Origin: an uncultured Planctomycetales bacterium | GTDB taxonomy: Bacteria; Omnitrophota; Gorgyraeia; Gygaellales; Profunditerraquicolaceae | NCBI GenBank assembly: GCA_964545575.1 | Contig: CAZJFL010000001.1 | Span: 69,878 to 133,877, forward strand | DNA: 64,000 nt | Direction: 5' to 3' | In this document: piece by piece, positions 1-7,457 of the stretch | Position numbering within the stretch: the stretch's first letter is position 1 | Layout of the letters: every line of letters begins with the position of its first letter | The notes under the pieces: generated by a model | Databases searched by the model: none | What the model was told of the DNA's origin: nothing | What the model saw: only the letters and a program-made list of their open reading frames with translations | Translations under genes and position numbers: made by a program

Positions 1-1272
1 CAGCCTGATGGGGCTGGCTTCATGCATAAAGGTGGCCAGCGACATTTTAACCCTGCCTACAGCGGTAATAATATCCTGCCAGGAATCTTTTATGTTCTCC
101 AAAGACACTCCCGGATTATTCTCTACCGGCTCTACCTTGTTTTCCTGAGGCTGTTTTTGGAGAATATTCTGCGCAGGGGGATCTTTTTTGATATGGGTTA
201 ATTTAACCAGCGCTATCTCCAGCGGTATGCGCAAAGAATCCAGCCGCCTGGACATTTCATGCGTGTTGACCAATATGTTGAAAACGCTGAATATCTCTCC
301 CAGGCTAAAGGACCCCGATTGCTCCAGCAATCTATCGCAAATATCCTGCGGTAAATCTATTAATTTGGCGTCTGCCTGCGTGATTTTGGCGATCATCAGG
401 TTGCGGAAATGCTCAATCAGATTCGTCAGAAATACGCTGGTATCCTTGCCTTCTTCGATAACGGTGTTTAATAAATTGAGGGCTTTTTCTGTATCTTTTA
501 CTATTATGGTATCGGCTATGGCAAATAATGCCTCCTGCTCCACGAGGCCAAAAAGCGATACGATATCCTCTAGAGACACCTCGTTTTTAGCAAAGGCGAC
601 CAGCTGGTCTAAAACCGATTCCGCATCCCGAAGAGACCCGTCGCTGCTCTTGGCTATGGCAAATAATACTTCCTTGCTTACCTTGGCCTTTTCCTGCCCG
701 GCTATTTTTTCAAGCTGCGCAATTATCTCTAATACCGGGATGCGCCGGAAATCAAAACGCTGGCACCTGGAAAGCACCGTCGGGATAACCTTGTGGGGCT
801 GGGTGGTCGCGAAGATGAACTTAACAAACTCCGGAGGCTCTTCCAGGGTTTTCAGCAGCGCGTTAAAAGCATCCGTAGTCAGCATATGCACTTCGTCGAT
901 AATATAGATTTTGAATCTTGCGCTGACCGCGGCGAACTTTACGTTTTCCCGAAGCGTGCGGATTTCGTCGATACCCCTGTTAGAGGCGCCGTCTATCTCG
1001 ATGACGTCGAGGCTGCGCCCTTGCGTTATCTGGAGGCAGGAAGTGCATTTCCCGCAAGGATTAGCGGTTAGGCCCTCTTTACAATTTAAGGCCTTAGCTA
1101 AAATCCGGGCGGTAGAAGTTTTACCGACTCCGCGCGGGCCGGTAAAAAGATAGGCGTTGGCGACCCTCTCCTTCTCCAGGGCAGCTTTTAATTTGGTAAC
1201 TATATGGGCCTGCCCCACAATCTCATTAAAGCTCTGCGGCCGCCACTTCAAAGCAAAAACCACATATCCCAT
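1..1272 (-). CDS. dnaX: DNA polymerase III subunit gamma/tau, C-terminal part runs off the window start
   Basis: Minus-strand translation from ATG (complement of 1270-1272) gives MGYVVFALKWRPQSFNEIVGQAHIV...FTGPRGVGKTSTARILAKALNC...IIDEVHMLT...SRCQRFDF, i.e. Walker A, DEAD-like box and clamp-loader motifs. There is no stop before position 1. It is absent from the ORF track only because it is truncated by the window edge; the plus-strand ORFs 188..907, 793..1071 and 911..1153 are its shadows. Confidence 0.9.
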   Translation of the reverse strand, partial: MGYVVFALKWRPQSFNEIVGQAHIVTKLKAALEKERVANAYLFTGPRGVGKTSTARILAKALNCKEGLTANPCGKCTSCLQITQGRSLDVIEIDGASNRGIDEIRTLRENVKFAAVSARFKIYIIDEVHMLTTDAFNALLKTLEEPPEFVKFIFATTQPHKVIPTVLSRCQRFDFRRIPVLEIIAQLEKIAGQEKAKVSKEVLFAIAKSSDGSLRDAESVLDQLVAFAKNEVSLEDIVSLFGLVEQEALFAIADTIIVKDTEKALNLLNTVIEEGKDTSVFLTNLIEHFRNLMIAKITQADAKLIDLPQDICDRLLEQSGSFSLGEIFSVFNILVNTHEMSRRLDSLRIPLEIALVKLTHIKKDPPAQNILQKQPQENKVEPVENNPGVSLENIKDSWQDIITAVGRVKMSLATFMHEASPIRL

Positions 1273-1273
1273 C

Positions 1274-2608
1274 TTATAAATCCTTACTCTTTAAACCCAG
1301 CTCTGCGATTGCCTGCTCAGGGCTACTGGTATATTTACGGCAGAACCTGGTGACCTGCTGTATGTCGGTAATGCCCTTTTCTGAAAGCGCATCCACCAAT
1401 CTCACCCTTCTCTTTAATTCCTCGACCAGCTCTCTGGAAGATCTGCCGCTTATCTGGGAGAGCCTGTCCCTGTAGGTGCCGCCCCCTCCCGGCTCAAGGA
1501 ATTCGTGCTTGGGCAAATCATAAGACCAGAGAGAGCCCAATAAAACCGTGTTTTTTTCCATCCCGCCGGTCTCAGCCAGCTCTCCTACCACGCGCTTGAT
1601 CTGGCCGTCTACTTTAAACCGGCGCATAACCACAAAGACATCGATTAAGTTTATCAGCGCGTTGGGTATATTCATCGGTTCGTTTTCCAGGCGCATTACC
1701 GTCTCTCTGGGTGTGGATGCGTGCAGGGTCCCCATGCAATACTTGCCGATATTCATGGCGGTCATCAAATCCTGGGCTTCTCTGCCCCTGACCTCTCCCA
1801 CAATCACTCTATCCGGGCGCATGCGTAAAGAGTTCTTGACTAAATCCGCCAGCGTCGTTTCCTCATCACTCTCCAGGCGCGAACAATTCTCTTCCAAATC
1901 GGTATTTAACTCTAAGGTGTCCTCAATAACCACTATCCGTTCTTTTGCGGGGATAAAACTAAAAAGCGCGTTTAATAAAGTGGTCTTGCCCGAACCCGGG
2001 CCTCCGGAGATGATAATATTTGCCGGCTTGACATTAAGGCCTTCTACGTAAAGCCAAAGCTGCGCGGCTAATTCAGGGTTAAGCGCGCCGTTATTCACCA
2101 GCTCGATGATGCTTAAGGGTTTTTCTTTGGCGCGGGTGATGGTAATCTGCGGCCCGAAGGGGGAATACACGATGTTGGCTCTTCCCTTTACTTCGGCAAG
2201 CTCGACGTTATTTATCTTTTTGATATCTTTCCTCCCCGAGAAAAAAACCAGCTTTTTGATAAAGAGGTCCAACTCTTCGCGGGAAGAAAACTTTTTATCC
2301 GTAGTGATCATGCCTACCCTGGTCTTGTGCACATAGATAGGAGAAAGATAGTTGATCATAATATCTTCCACTTCCGGGTCGGAAAGAAACTCCTCGATGA
2401 TCCCGTAGGAAAGAAACTCGTTAAAAAACTGCTCTAACTCCAGCCCCTTGCATTTATGGATAAACCTCTGGCAGACGGGAGAATTATAGTATTCCAAAAA
2501 AACCTGAAAGATGACCTCACGTTTGCAGGTCAGGTCTTGCAGCAGAAAAAGCTTACCCAATAGCTTATCCAGTATATCGTTTTCAATAGCGATTCTTTCT
2601 TTATCCAT
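1274..2608 (-). CDS. Type II/IV secretion system ATPase (TadA/CpaF/FlaI-like)
   Basis: 444 aa with Walker A GGPGSGKTTLLNALFSF, Asp box VIEDTLEL and His box GTLHAS, the architecture of the GspE/VirB11/FlaI family. Its stop lies 2 nt upstream of the dnaX start, consistent with co-transcription. Confidence 0.8.
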   Translation of the reverse strand: MDKERIAIENDILDKLLGKLFLLQDLTCKREVIFQVFLEYYNSPVCQRFIHKCKGLELEQFFNEFLSYGIIEEFLSDPEVEDIMINYLSPIYVHKTRVGMITTDKKFSSREELDLFIKKLVFFSGRKDIKKINNVELAEVKGRANIVYSPFGPQITITRAKEKPLSIIELVNNGALNPELAAQLWLYVEGLNVKPANIIISGGPGSGKTTLLNALFSFIPAKERIVVIEDTLELNTDLEENCSRLESDEETTLADLVKNSLRMRPDRVIVGEVRGREAQDLMTAMNIGKYCMGTLHASTPRETVMRLENEPMNIPNALINLIDVFVVMRRFKVDGQIKRVVGELAETGGMEKNTVLLGSLWSYDLPKHEFLEPGGGGTYRDRLSQISGRSSRELVEELKRRVRLVDALSEKGITDIQQVTRFCRKYTSSPEQAIAELGLKSKDL

Positions 2609-2622
2609 ATTTTCTCCTTATT

Positions 2623-2686
2623 GGGCATGCACTCCGCTCGCTAAACCGCTTGTCGCGGTTTGCCCTTCGGGCCGCTCGCTTGAGTG
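2623..2686 (-). ncRNA. Candidate structured RNA element, copy A, next to tRNA-Ser(GCT)
   Basis: GCACTC-CGCTCGCT-[hairpin AAACCGC/GCGGTTT]-[GCCC-UUCG-GGGC]-CGCTCGCT-GAGTGC. It shares its architecture with the copy at 6590-6646 but shows compensatory changes in the stems. Strand of function is uncertain. Confidence 0.4.
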
Positions 2687-2721
2687 CCGAAAAAATTTTG
2701 TTTGTCTCAAAATTTTTTCGG
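2687..2721 (-). terminator. Perfect AT-rich hairpin abutting and overlapping the tRNA-Ser(GCT) 3' end
   Basis: CCGAAAAAATTTTG-tttgtctc-AAAATTTTTTCGG, a 13-bp stem. A similar hairpin lies downstream of tRNA-Ser(TGA). Confidence 0.4.
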
Positions 2722-2808
2722 AGAGGCAGGGATTCGAACCCTGGGGGCCAGTTACCCAGCCCAATTGCTTAGCAGGCAACTCCGTTAAGCCAGCTCCGGC
2801 ACCTCTCC
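2719..2808 (-). tRNA. tRNA-Ser(GCU), class II with long variable arm
   Basis: Manual fold of GGAGAGGTGCCGGAGCTGGCTTAACGGAGTTGCCTGCTAAGCAAT...GGTTCGAATCCCTGCCTCTCCG gives a 7-bp acceptor stem, 3-bp D stem, anticodon loop CUGCUAA and a T arm GGTTCGAATCC. CCA is not encoded. Confidence 0.85.
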
Positions 2809-2877
2809 AAATTCAATGAGCGCACAATTTACGGAACGAAGTGAATGTAAATTGTATGCGCGAATTAATCCCGCACG

Positions 2878-3333
2878 CTATTTATTACGTTTGCGGGAAA
2901 AAAATTCCGTTAATAAAGAGCTGCATTCCTTTTCTAAAATCCCGCCCTTTACTTTAATGCGATGATTTAATTTCTTATGATTTATAATATTCACTACAGA
3001 GCCGCATGCGCCTGTTTTGGGGTCCTTTGCGCCGTAATACAGGTTCTTAATGCGCGCCAGAACAGAAGCACCGGCGCACATACTGCACGGTTCAATTGTA
3101 ACATAAAGACAGCATCCGGACAACCATTTGCTCCCCAGGTAATTAGTCGCAGAAGTCAAAGTCAACATCTCGGCGTGTGCGGTAGGATCCTTCAGGGATT
3201 CAACTTGATTATATCCGCGGGCGATAATCCTATCTTTATAAACTACCACCGCTCCGACGGGAACTTCATCTTTTTCAAAGGCTTTACGGGCTTCCTTTAA
3301 AGCCTCCTGCATAAAACGGGTATGTTTTAGCAT
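2878..3333 (-). CDS. tadA: tRNA-specific adenosine(34) deaminase
   Basis: 151 aa with the CDA-fold zinc motifs HAEMLTL and IEPCSMCAGA. Its size matches TadA, and it sits immediately downstream of its substrate tRNA-Arg(ACG). Confidence 0.85.
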   Translation of the reverse strand: MLKHTRFMQEALKEARKAFEKDEVPVGAVVVYKDRIIARGYNQVESLKDPTAHAEMLTLTSATNYLGSKWLSGCCLYVTIEPCSMCAGASVLARIKNLYYGAKDPKTGACGSVVNIINHKKLNHRIKVKGGILEKECSSLLTEFFSRKRNK

Positions 3334-3345
3334 TGCCTAAATAAG

Positions 3346-3419
3346 TGCGCCTGGCTGGGATCGAACCAGCAACAACCAGCTCCGTAGGCTGATGCTCTAT
3401 CCAATTGAGCTACAGGCGC
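3346..3419 (-). tRNA. tRNA-Arg(ACG)
   Basis: GCGCCTGTAGCTCAATTGGATAGAGCATCAGCCTACGGAGCTGG...GGTTCGATCCCAGCCAGGCGCA, with anticodon loop CUACGGA. This is the A34-to-I editing substrate of TadA. Confidence 0.85.
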
Positions 3420-3465
3420 GTTAATCTTTTTGCCTCCTGTAGCGAATCCGCCAACGTTCTGTGGC

Positions 3466-3481
3466 AGAGAGCTACAGGCGC
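3466..3481 (-). repeat. 15-16 nt exact copy of the tRNA-Arg(ACG) 5' end (gagctacaggcgcgt), about 47 nt upstream of the tRNA
   Basis: An exact match to tRNA positions 1-14 plus one flanking base, sitting in an imperfect hairpin CCTGTAGC...GCTACAGG. Confidence 0.6.
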
Positions 3482-3486
3482 GTATC

Positions 3487-3798
3487 TTAAAGCTGAAGGA
3501 TAATTTCAAAGAGGAACTTCATATCCAGAATCGCAAGCAAGATCAAAATAGGTCCTGCTATCAGGTGGTAATTAAATAACAGGTTATCTAGCCAGGTTAT
3601 ATTGGCGTCCAAGGGGACAAGCGCAGGCGTATGAAACACCTCCAGTTTTAAGCGCTTGTCTATCTTATAATAAATCTCCAGCGAGAAAGTAAAAATCATG
3701 CTTATGATACAGATTAATCCGTAAGTAACGAAAACTAAGGCGCTTAAAAACCACCCCAATTCATCGACAGTCATGAAATTGATATTGGTATTAAACAT
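3487..3798 (-). CDS. Small hydrophobic membrane protein, hypothetical
   Basis: 103-aa ORF with two predicted TM stretches (LGWFLSALVFVTYGLICIISMIF; LIAGPILILLAILDM). No recognisable family. Confidence 0.35.
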   Translation of the reverse strand: MFNTNINFMTVDELGWFLSALVFVTYGLICIISMIFTFSLEIYYKIDKRLKLEVFHTPALVPLDANITWLDNLLFNYHLIAGPILILLAILDMKFLFEIILQL

Positions 3799-3856
3799 TT
3801 TTGCGTTCCTTTCTCGTCACTACGCCCATTGTCGGACAAATAATCCTAGTACTAAT

Positions 3857-3993
<137 letters not shown>

Positions 3994-4003
3994 CAGATAT
4001 GAA

Positions 4004-5005
4004 TTAGACTTTTGAATTCTTATAAGACCTAAATCTCTCTATATGTTTACTATTATGACTACCGATTATTTGCATATATTTGTTAACTTCTTTTCTATCA
4101 TAAATGAAAATATGCCTTCCTCCGGCAGTTTTGCAATTTAAACTAAACCTCAGAAACATTTTATACGCCGAATTCAAAAGAGCTTTTGAATGACTCGTAA
4201 AACACAAACCCATATGCCTGTATTTAATTCCCTTGGTAGTGTGATTATGGAAATAAATACCTCCATCGGTATCCATTAAGCCCCTCAGGCAACTTTTTAC
4301 AAACTCGTTATCCTTAAAAATCCATTGCGGCACATCTGTGCCATTTAACATCTTGTTCCCTTTCTTCATACCGCAATTTATCAGAAAAAGAACGAGGTTT
4401 TTACTCGATACTGTAACAACAATGGTATTTTTATCCCTGACTGTGACAGTAGAGGTTATCTTAAATAAATCAGTGACAATTTTTTTGATGAAATAGGCAT
4501 AATCCCTGTCAGTTTTATTATTATAGATTCTGACTTGATGTTCATTTATTGAGCCATCGCCTAAAAGAATCCCAATAAATTCTGCTAACAAAGAAGATCT
4601 TCGAGGATAAATAATATTTTTCCTTAACTTAAAACCTACCTTTTTAGCGAATTCCGGGTCATTCCGAAATTTCAAAGCAGAGACCATACCCCCTTTTCTT
4701 CTGCCTTCTACTGTACCAAGACGCCCGTATAATTCATTCCGCCTTAAAGCCCCCAACCTTGCCGCGCTCTTAATATTCCAATCATCCGGGAGAACTTCTA
4801 TTCTTGGAACAGAAATTCTTAGTTTCTTCTTTAATGATTGAAGAGAAACGTAATTCATTTGATATTTATCCCTTCGCCAGTCAAATAAAGTTCGCTTATC
4901 CACCTTGCAAATTCCGGCTAAATTATGCCAATCAAGATTATTTTCTTTCTTAATCTTCCCCAGAAAACTTCTCTGTTTATTTTCTAGAAATTTTACTCTT
5001 GGCAT
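4004..5005 (-). CDS. Double-motif LAGLIDADG homing endonuclease, free-standing
   Basis: Two LAGLIDADG motifs (LAEFIGILLGDGSI and LRGLMDTDGGIYF) about 100 aa apart, plus an N-terminal basic HTH-like region. The true start is MPRVKF (ATG at 5003-5005). The track ORF 4004..5191 is artificially extended by reading through tRNA-Ser(CGA) and the 59-bp repeat. Confidence 0.75.
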   Translation of the reverse strand: MPRVKFLENKQRSFLGKIKKENNLDWHNLAGICKVDKRTLFDWRRDKYQMNYVSLQSLKKKLRISVPRIEVLPDDWNIKSAARLGALRRNELYGRLGTVEGRRKGGMVSALKFRNDPEFAKKVGFKLRKNIIYPRRSSLLAEFIGILLGDGSINEHQVRIYNNKTDRDYAYFIKKIVTDLFKITSTVTVRDKNTIVVTVSSKNLVLFLINCGMKKGNKMLNGTDVPQWIFKDNEFVKSCLRGLMDTDGGIYFHNHTTKGIKYRHMGLCFTSHSKALLNSAYKMFLRFSLNCKTAGGRHIFIYDRKEVNKYMQIIGSHNSKHIERFRSYKNSKV

Positions 5006-5048
5006 AATATAATTCCAACCGCTCTGCCACCTCTCCAAGAATTTTATT

Positions 5049-5107
5049 GTATGGCGGCGCCGAAGCCAGAGGCTTCGGCATCCGCCATGTTTTTCAAGAG
5101 AAAAACA
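5049..5107 (-). repeat. 59-bp perfect direct repeat, copy 2
   Basis: Identical to 3857-3915 and positioned immediately 3' of tRNA-Ser(CGA). Confidence 0.85.
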
Positions 5108-5196
5108 TGGCGGAGAGTGGAGGATTTGAACCTCCGTACCTCTTACGAGGTAACGCGCTTTCGAGGCGCGCGCTTTCAACCACTCAGCCAACTCTC
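5107..5196 (-). tRNA. tRNA-Ser(CGA), class II
   Basis: GGAGAGTTGGCTGAGTGGTTGAAAGCGCGCGCCTCGAAAGCGCG-[variable arm]-GGAGGTTCAAATCCTCCACTCTCCGCCA, with anticodon loop CUCGAAA. CCA is encoded. Confidence 0.85.
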
Positions 5197-5381
5197 CAAA
5201 ATTTAAACGGACCCGTTTTGTTTACTTAAGCCGCTTCTCGAAGACCGCAAGCGCCGAATTCATATTGTCGGGGCTTCGATGAAATCCCCCATAGTCGGCA
5301 TTATCATCTTCAATCGCGCAGTCTGCAATACCAGCGTATTTACATATCCATTCGACCGCTTCACGCATGCCGTCGATACCA

Positions 5382-6461
5382 TCACCCTCCGGGTTCGGGT
5401 CCTGTTTTTACATAGGTTCTTTTGCCAAATGAATTACTACGGCCATCAAGACAAGTTCCGCAAACCGGTAAGCTTTTTCTATCCGCATGTATTTTTCTTC
5501 TAAGATTTTGGTATTTTCCATTTCTCCAGATATCCCGTAAATCGTCTCGGAAAATATTTCCCATTATATGAAAAGATGCTAGATCGCTACAGCAAGGAGT
5601 TACATCGCCGTTAGAATTGATGACCGTGTAATACTCGATAGAACTACAGGAATTCGGTACTGCGACCTCGTTTACAAAAAGTCCGTCTTTTTCAACGTAG
5701 TTTCTATTAAACGAGGTATCGCGGGGAAAAATCTCTTTTGCTACTTTCTGAAAGTCAGAGCCATCAAAACCGATACCGACCGCTTTTTCCCTATATACAT
5801 CAGCATGCAGTTTTCCGGACATCTCTAACATCATTTGGCGTTGATGTTCGTTATGTTTCATGACAATAAATTGTAATTCGACTATCGGCTTTCTAGATTT
5901 CAGCTCTTTTTTTGCTTGATAGATTAATTCAAATCCTTTTATAACTGCGCTAAAATCAGCTCCTTTTCGGTATTTGTTATAGGTTTCGTGATCCGCGCCA
6001 TCAAGGCAGATAATTAAGTAATATAGGCCGCTTTTAACAACATATTTACAATATTCGATATCCTTAAAAAAAGTACCGTTCGTACATATGCGGATTCTAA
6101 TTCCAGATTCAGTGGCGTATCTAACCATTTGTAGAATATCTTTATGAAGGAAAGGTTCGCCAAGATTCCATAAATCTATATGGGCAATATAAGATCTAAC
6201 TTCATCAACGATTTTTTTAAATTCCTGCAGGCTCATTGATCTTGCTAGCCGATTTAATTTATTCGTACCTGTGGGGCATGCGATACAGCGGAGGTTACAA
6301 AGATTTGTCGGCTCTATAACAAGATAAAAAGGCAGAGGGGAAAATAGCGACTTTCCCGTTAATCCTTTTAATAATTTATATAAAATAATGTCAAAACGTC
6401 TTTTCTTGATTATTAAACAAAGCGCTTCTATTTTTTCAGTGAGGTATTTCATGAAATTCAT
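5382..6461 (-). CDS. Radical SAM protein with C-terminal SPASM/twitch domain
   Basis: CNLRCIACP (CxxxCxxC) in the N-terminal part and a Cys-rich C-terminal region (TPCCSDLASFH...CGTCLDG). A 47-codon continuation in the +1 frame immediately after the stop suggests a possible frameshift or a small downstream ORF. Confidence 0.8.
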   Translation of the reverse strand: MNFMKYLTEKIEALCLIIKKRRFDIILYKLLKGLTGKSLFSPLPFYLVIEPTNLCNLRCIACPTGTNKLNRLARSMSLQEFKKIVDEVRSYIAHIDLWNLGEPFLHKDILQMVRYATESGIRIRICTNGTFFKDIEYCKYVVKSGLYYLIICLDGADHETYNKYRKGADFSAVIKGFELIYQAKKELKSRKPIVELQFIVMKHNEHQRQMMLEMSGKLHADVYREKAVGIGFDGSDFQKVAKEIFPRDTSFNRNYVEKDGLFVNEVAVPNSCSSIEYYTVINSNGDVTPCCSDLASFHIMGNIFRDDLRDIWRNGKYQNLRRKIHADRKSLPVCGTCLDGRSNSFGKRTYVKTGPEPGG

Positions 6462-6514
6462 TATTTTGTTTGAAAGTTTATTTCTATTATTTTACCATTA
6501 TTTCGGTAGCCCTA

Positions 6515-6556
6515 CGATTTCGAGGCGCGCGCTTTCAACCACTCAGCCAACTTTCC
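6515..6556 (-). repeat. Diverged copy (40/42) of the 5' half of tRNA-Ser(CGA), positions 1 to about 42, upstream of the radical-SAM gene
   Basis: ggaaagttggctgagtggttgaaagcgcgcgcctcgaaatcg versus tRNA ggagagttggctgagtggttgaaagcgcgcgcctcgaaagcg. Similarity ends after the anticodon loop. Confidence 0.75.
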
Positions 6557-6589
6557 AAAGCTATAAATTTTCCTTATCAGAATGTATTG

Positions 6590-6646
6590 TGGTGCTAGCA
6601 CCACGCTCGCTATTTTGCTTGTTGCAAAATTACGCTCGCTTTGGTG
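6590..6646 (-). ncRNA. Candidate structured RNA element, copy B, next to tRNA-Ser(TGA)
   Basis: GGTGC...CGCTCGCT-[hairpin ATTTTGC/GCAAAAT]-CGCTCGCT-TTGGTGCC. It has the same architecture as 2623-2686, with covarying stems. Confidence 0.4.
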
Positions 6647-6681
6647 CCGAAAATTTTTTCTTTATCAGAAAAAATTTTCGG
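6647..6681 (-). terminator. AT-rich perfect hairpin abutting the tRNA-Ser(TGA) 3' end
   Basis: CCGAAAATTTTTTC-tttatcag-AAAAAATTTTCGG. Confidence 0.4.
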
Positions 6682-6765
6682 AGGCGGAAGGATTCGAACC
6701 CTCGATGGGCGTAAACCCACAACGGTTTTCAAGACCGCCGCATTCAACCGCTCTGCCACGCCTCC
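6679..6765 (-). tRNA. tRNA-Ser(TGA), class II
   Basis: GGAGGCGTGGCAGAGCGGTTGAATGCGGCGGTCTTGAAAACCGT-[variable arm]-GAGGGTTCGAATCCTTCCGCCTCCG, with anticodon loop CUUGAAA. Confidence 0.85.
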
Positions 6766-6770
6766 CTCTC

Positions 6771-7448
6771 TTACCTTAAAAATAATTGCCTAAAGATAAG
6801 GTAAAATATATCGCTTGCCGCCCGGAAAGAACCCGAATAAAAATTGACCAACGAAAACTCTTTAAAAATAAAGCTCAGGCCCAGCCCAAGCAACGCAATA
6901 TTAACCAGGTACAGGAAAGAAAAACCAAAGAGATAGTTGGCCTTTAAAAAATCCCCCTGCTTCAGGCGCAGAGATTTTGCGCTGAATACAAGGTGCAGGG
7001 CGATGCTAAAGCCAAAAAAGAAAATAAAATAATTTATTAGATCCGCCGATTTAAAAATAGCCGCGGCCGGCGCATAGAGGACAAACAGGATGATGGTATA
7101 GACGGGTAATAGATAGGGCGCGAATTTTACCAAGGGATGAAAAAACTTAAATATTGCCTCTACCAGCTTCTGCCCCCTGGAATAAACTGTTACCGGCTCC
7201 CAAAGAAACAGATAAACCGCAAGAAACGCGATAACACCGCCCCAAAAATACCACTGAAGTTTAAAATCTATAAGATCAAGCTCCTTGATAAAGGCAACCG
7301 ACAGTGAATAAACAAAAGGCAGCAGGCAAAGCCCCAGAATGAACTTTACGATGCCGAAAACGCGGCCGGAGAAACCGGACATTCTAGGCACGGGAGCGCT
7401 GATTTCCACTTTGGGAATTTCTTTTTTAAGGGATTCTTTCTTTTTCAC
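6771..7448 (-). CDS. Polytopic integral membrane protein, hypothetical
   Basis: 225 aa with about 6 hydrophobic helices. No recognisable motif. Confidence 0.5.
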   Translation of the reverse strand: MKKKESLKKEIPKVEISAPVPRMSGFSGRVFGIVKFILGLCLLPFVYSLSVAFIKELDLIDFKLQWYFWGGVIAFLAVYLFLWEPVTVYSRGQKLVEAIFKFFHPLVKFAPYLLPVYTIILFVLYAPAAAIFKSADLINYFIFFFGFSIALHLVFSAKSLRLKQGDFLKANYLFGFSFLYLVNIALLGLGLSFIFKEFSLVNFYSGSFRAASDIFYLIFRQLFLR

Positions 7449-7457
7449 AATAAATTT

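Noticed and set aside
188-1153. Plus-strand ORFs 188..907, 793..1071 and 911..1153 from the six-frame track
   Set aside because: They are antisense shadows of dnaX, whose minus-strand translation carries unmistakable clamp-loader motifs. They show low-complexity Ser/Ile-rich translations typical of non-coding frames.
3327-3509. 60-aa minus-strand ORF
   Set aside because: It is a translation across tRNA-Arg(ACG) and its upstream hairpin.
4004-5191. The 395-aa version of the homing-endonuclease ORF starting at 5191
   Set aside because: The first 62 codons are read through tRNA-Ser(CGA) and the 59-bp repeat with no stop by chance. The real start is the ATG at 5005 (MPRVKF).
6388-6779. Plus-strand ORFs 6388..6714 and 6582..6779
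   Set aside because: They overlap tRNA-Ser(TGA) and the structured element and are antisense.
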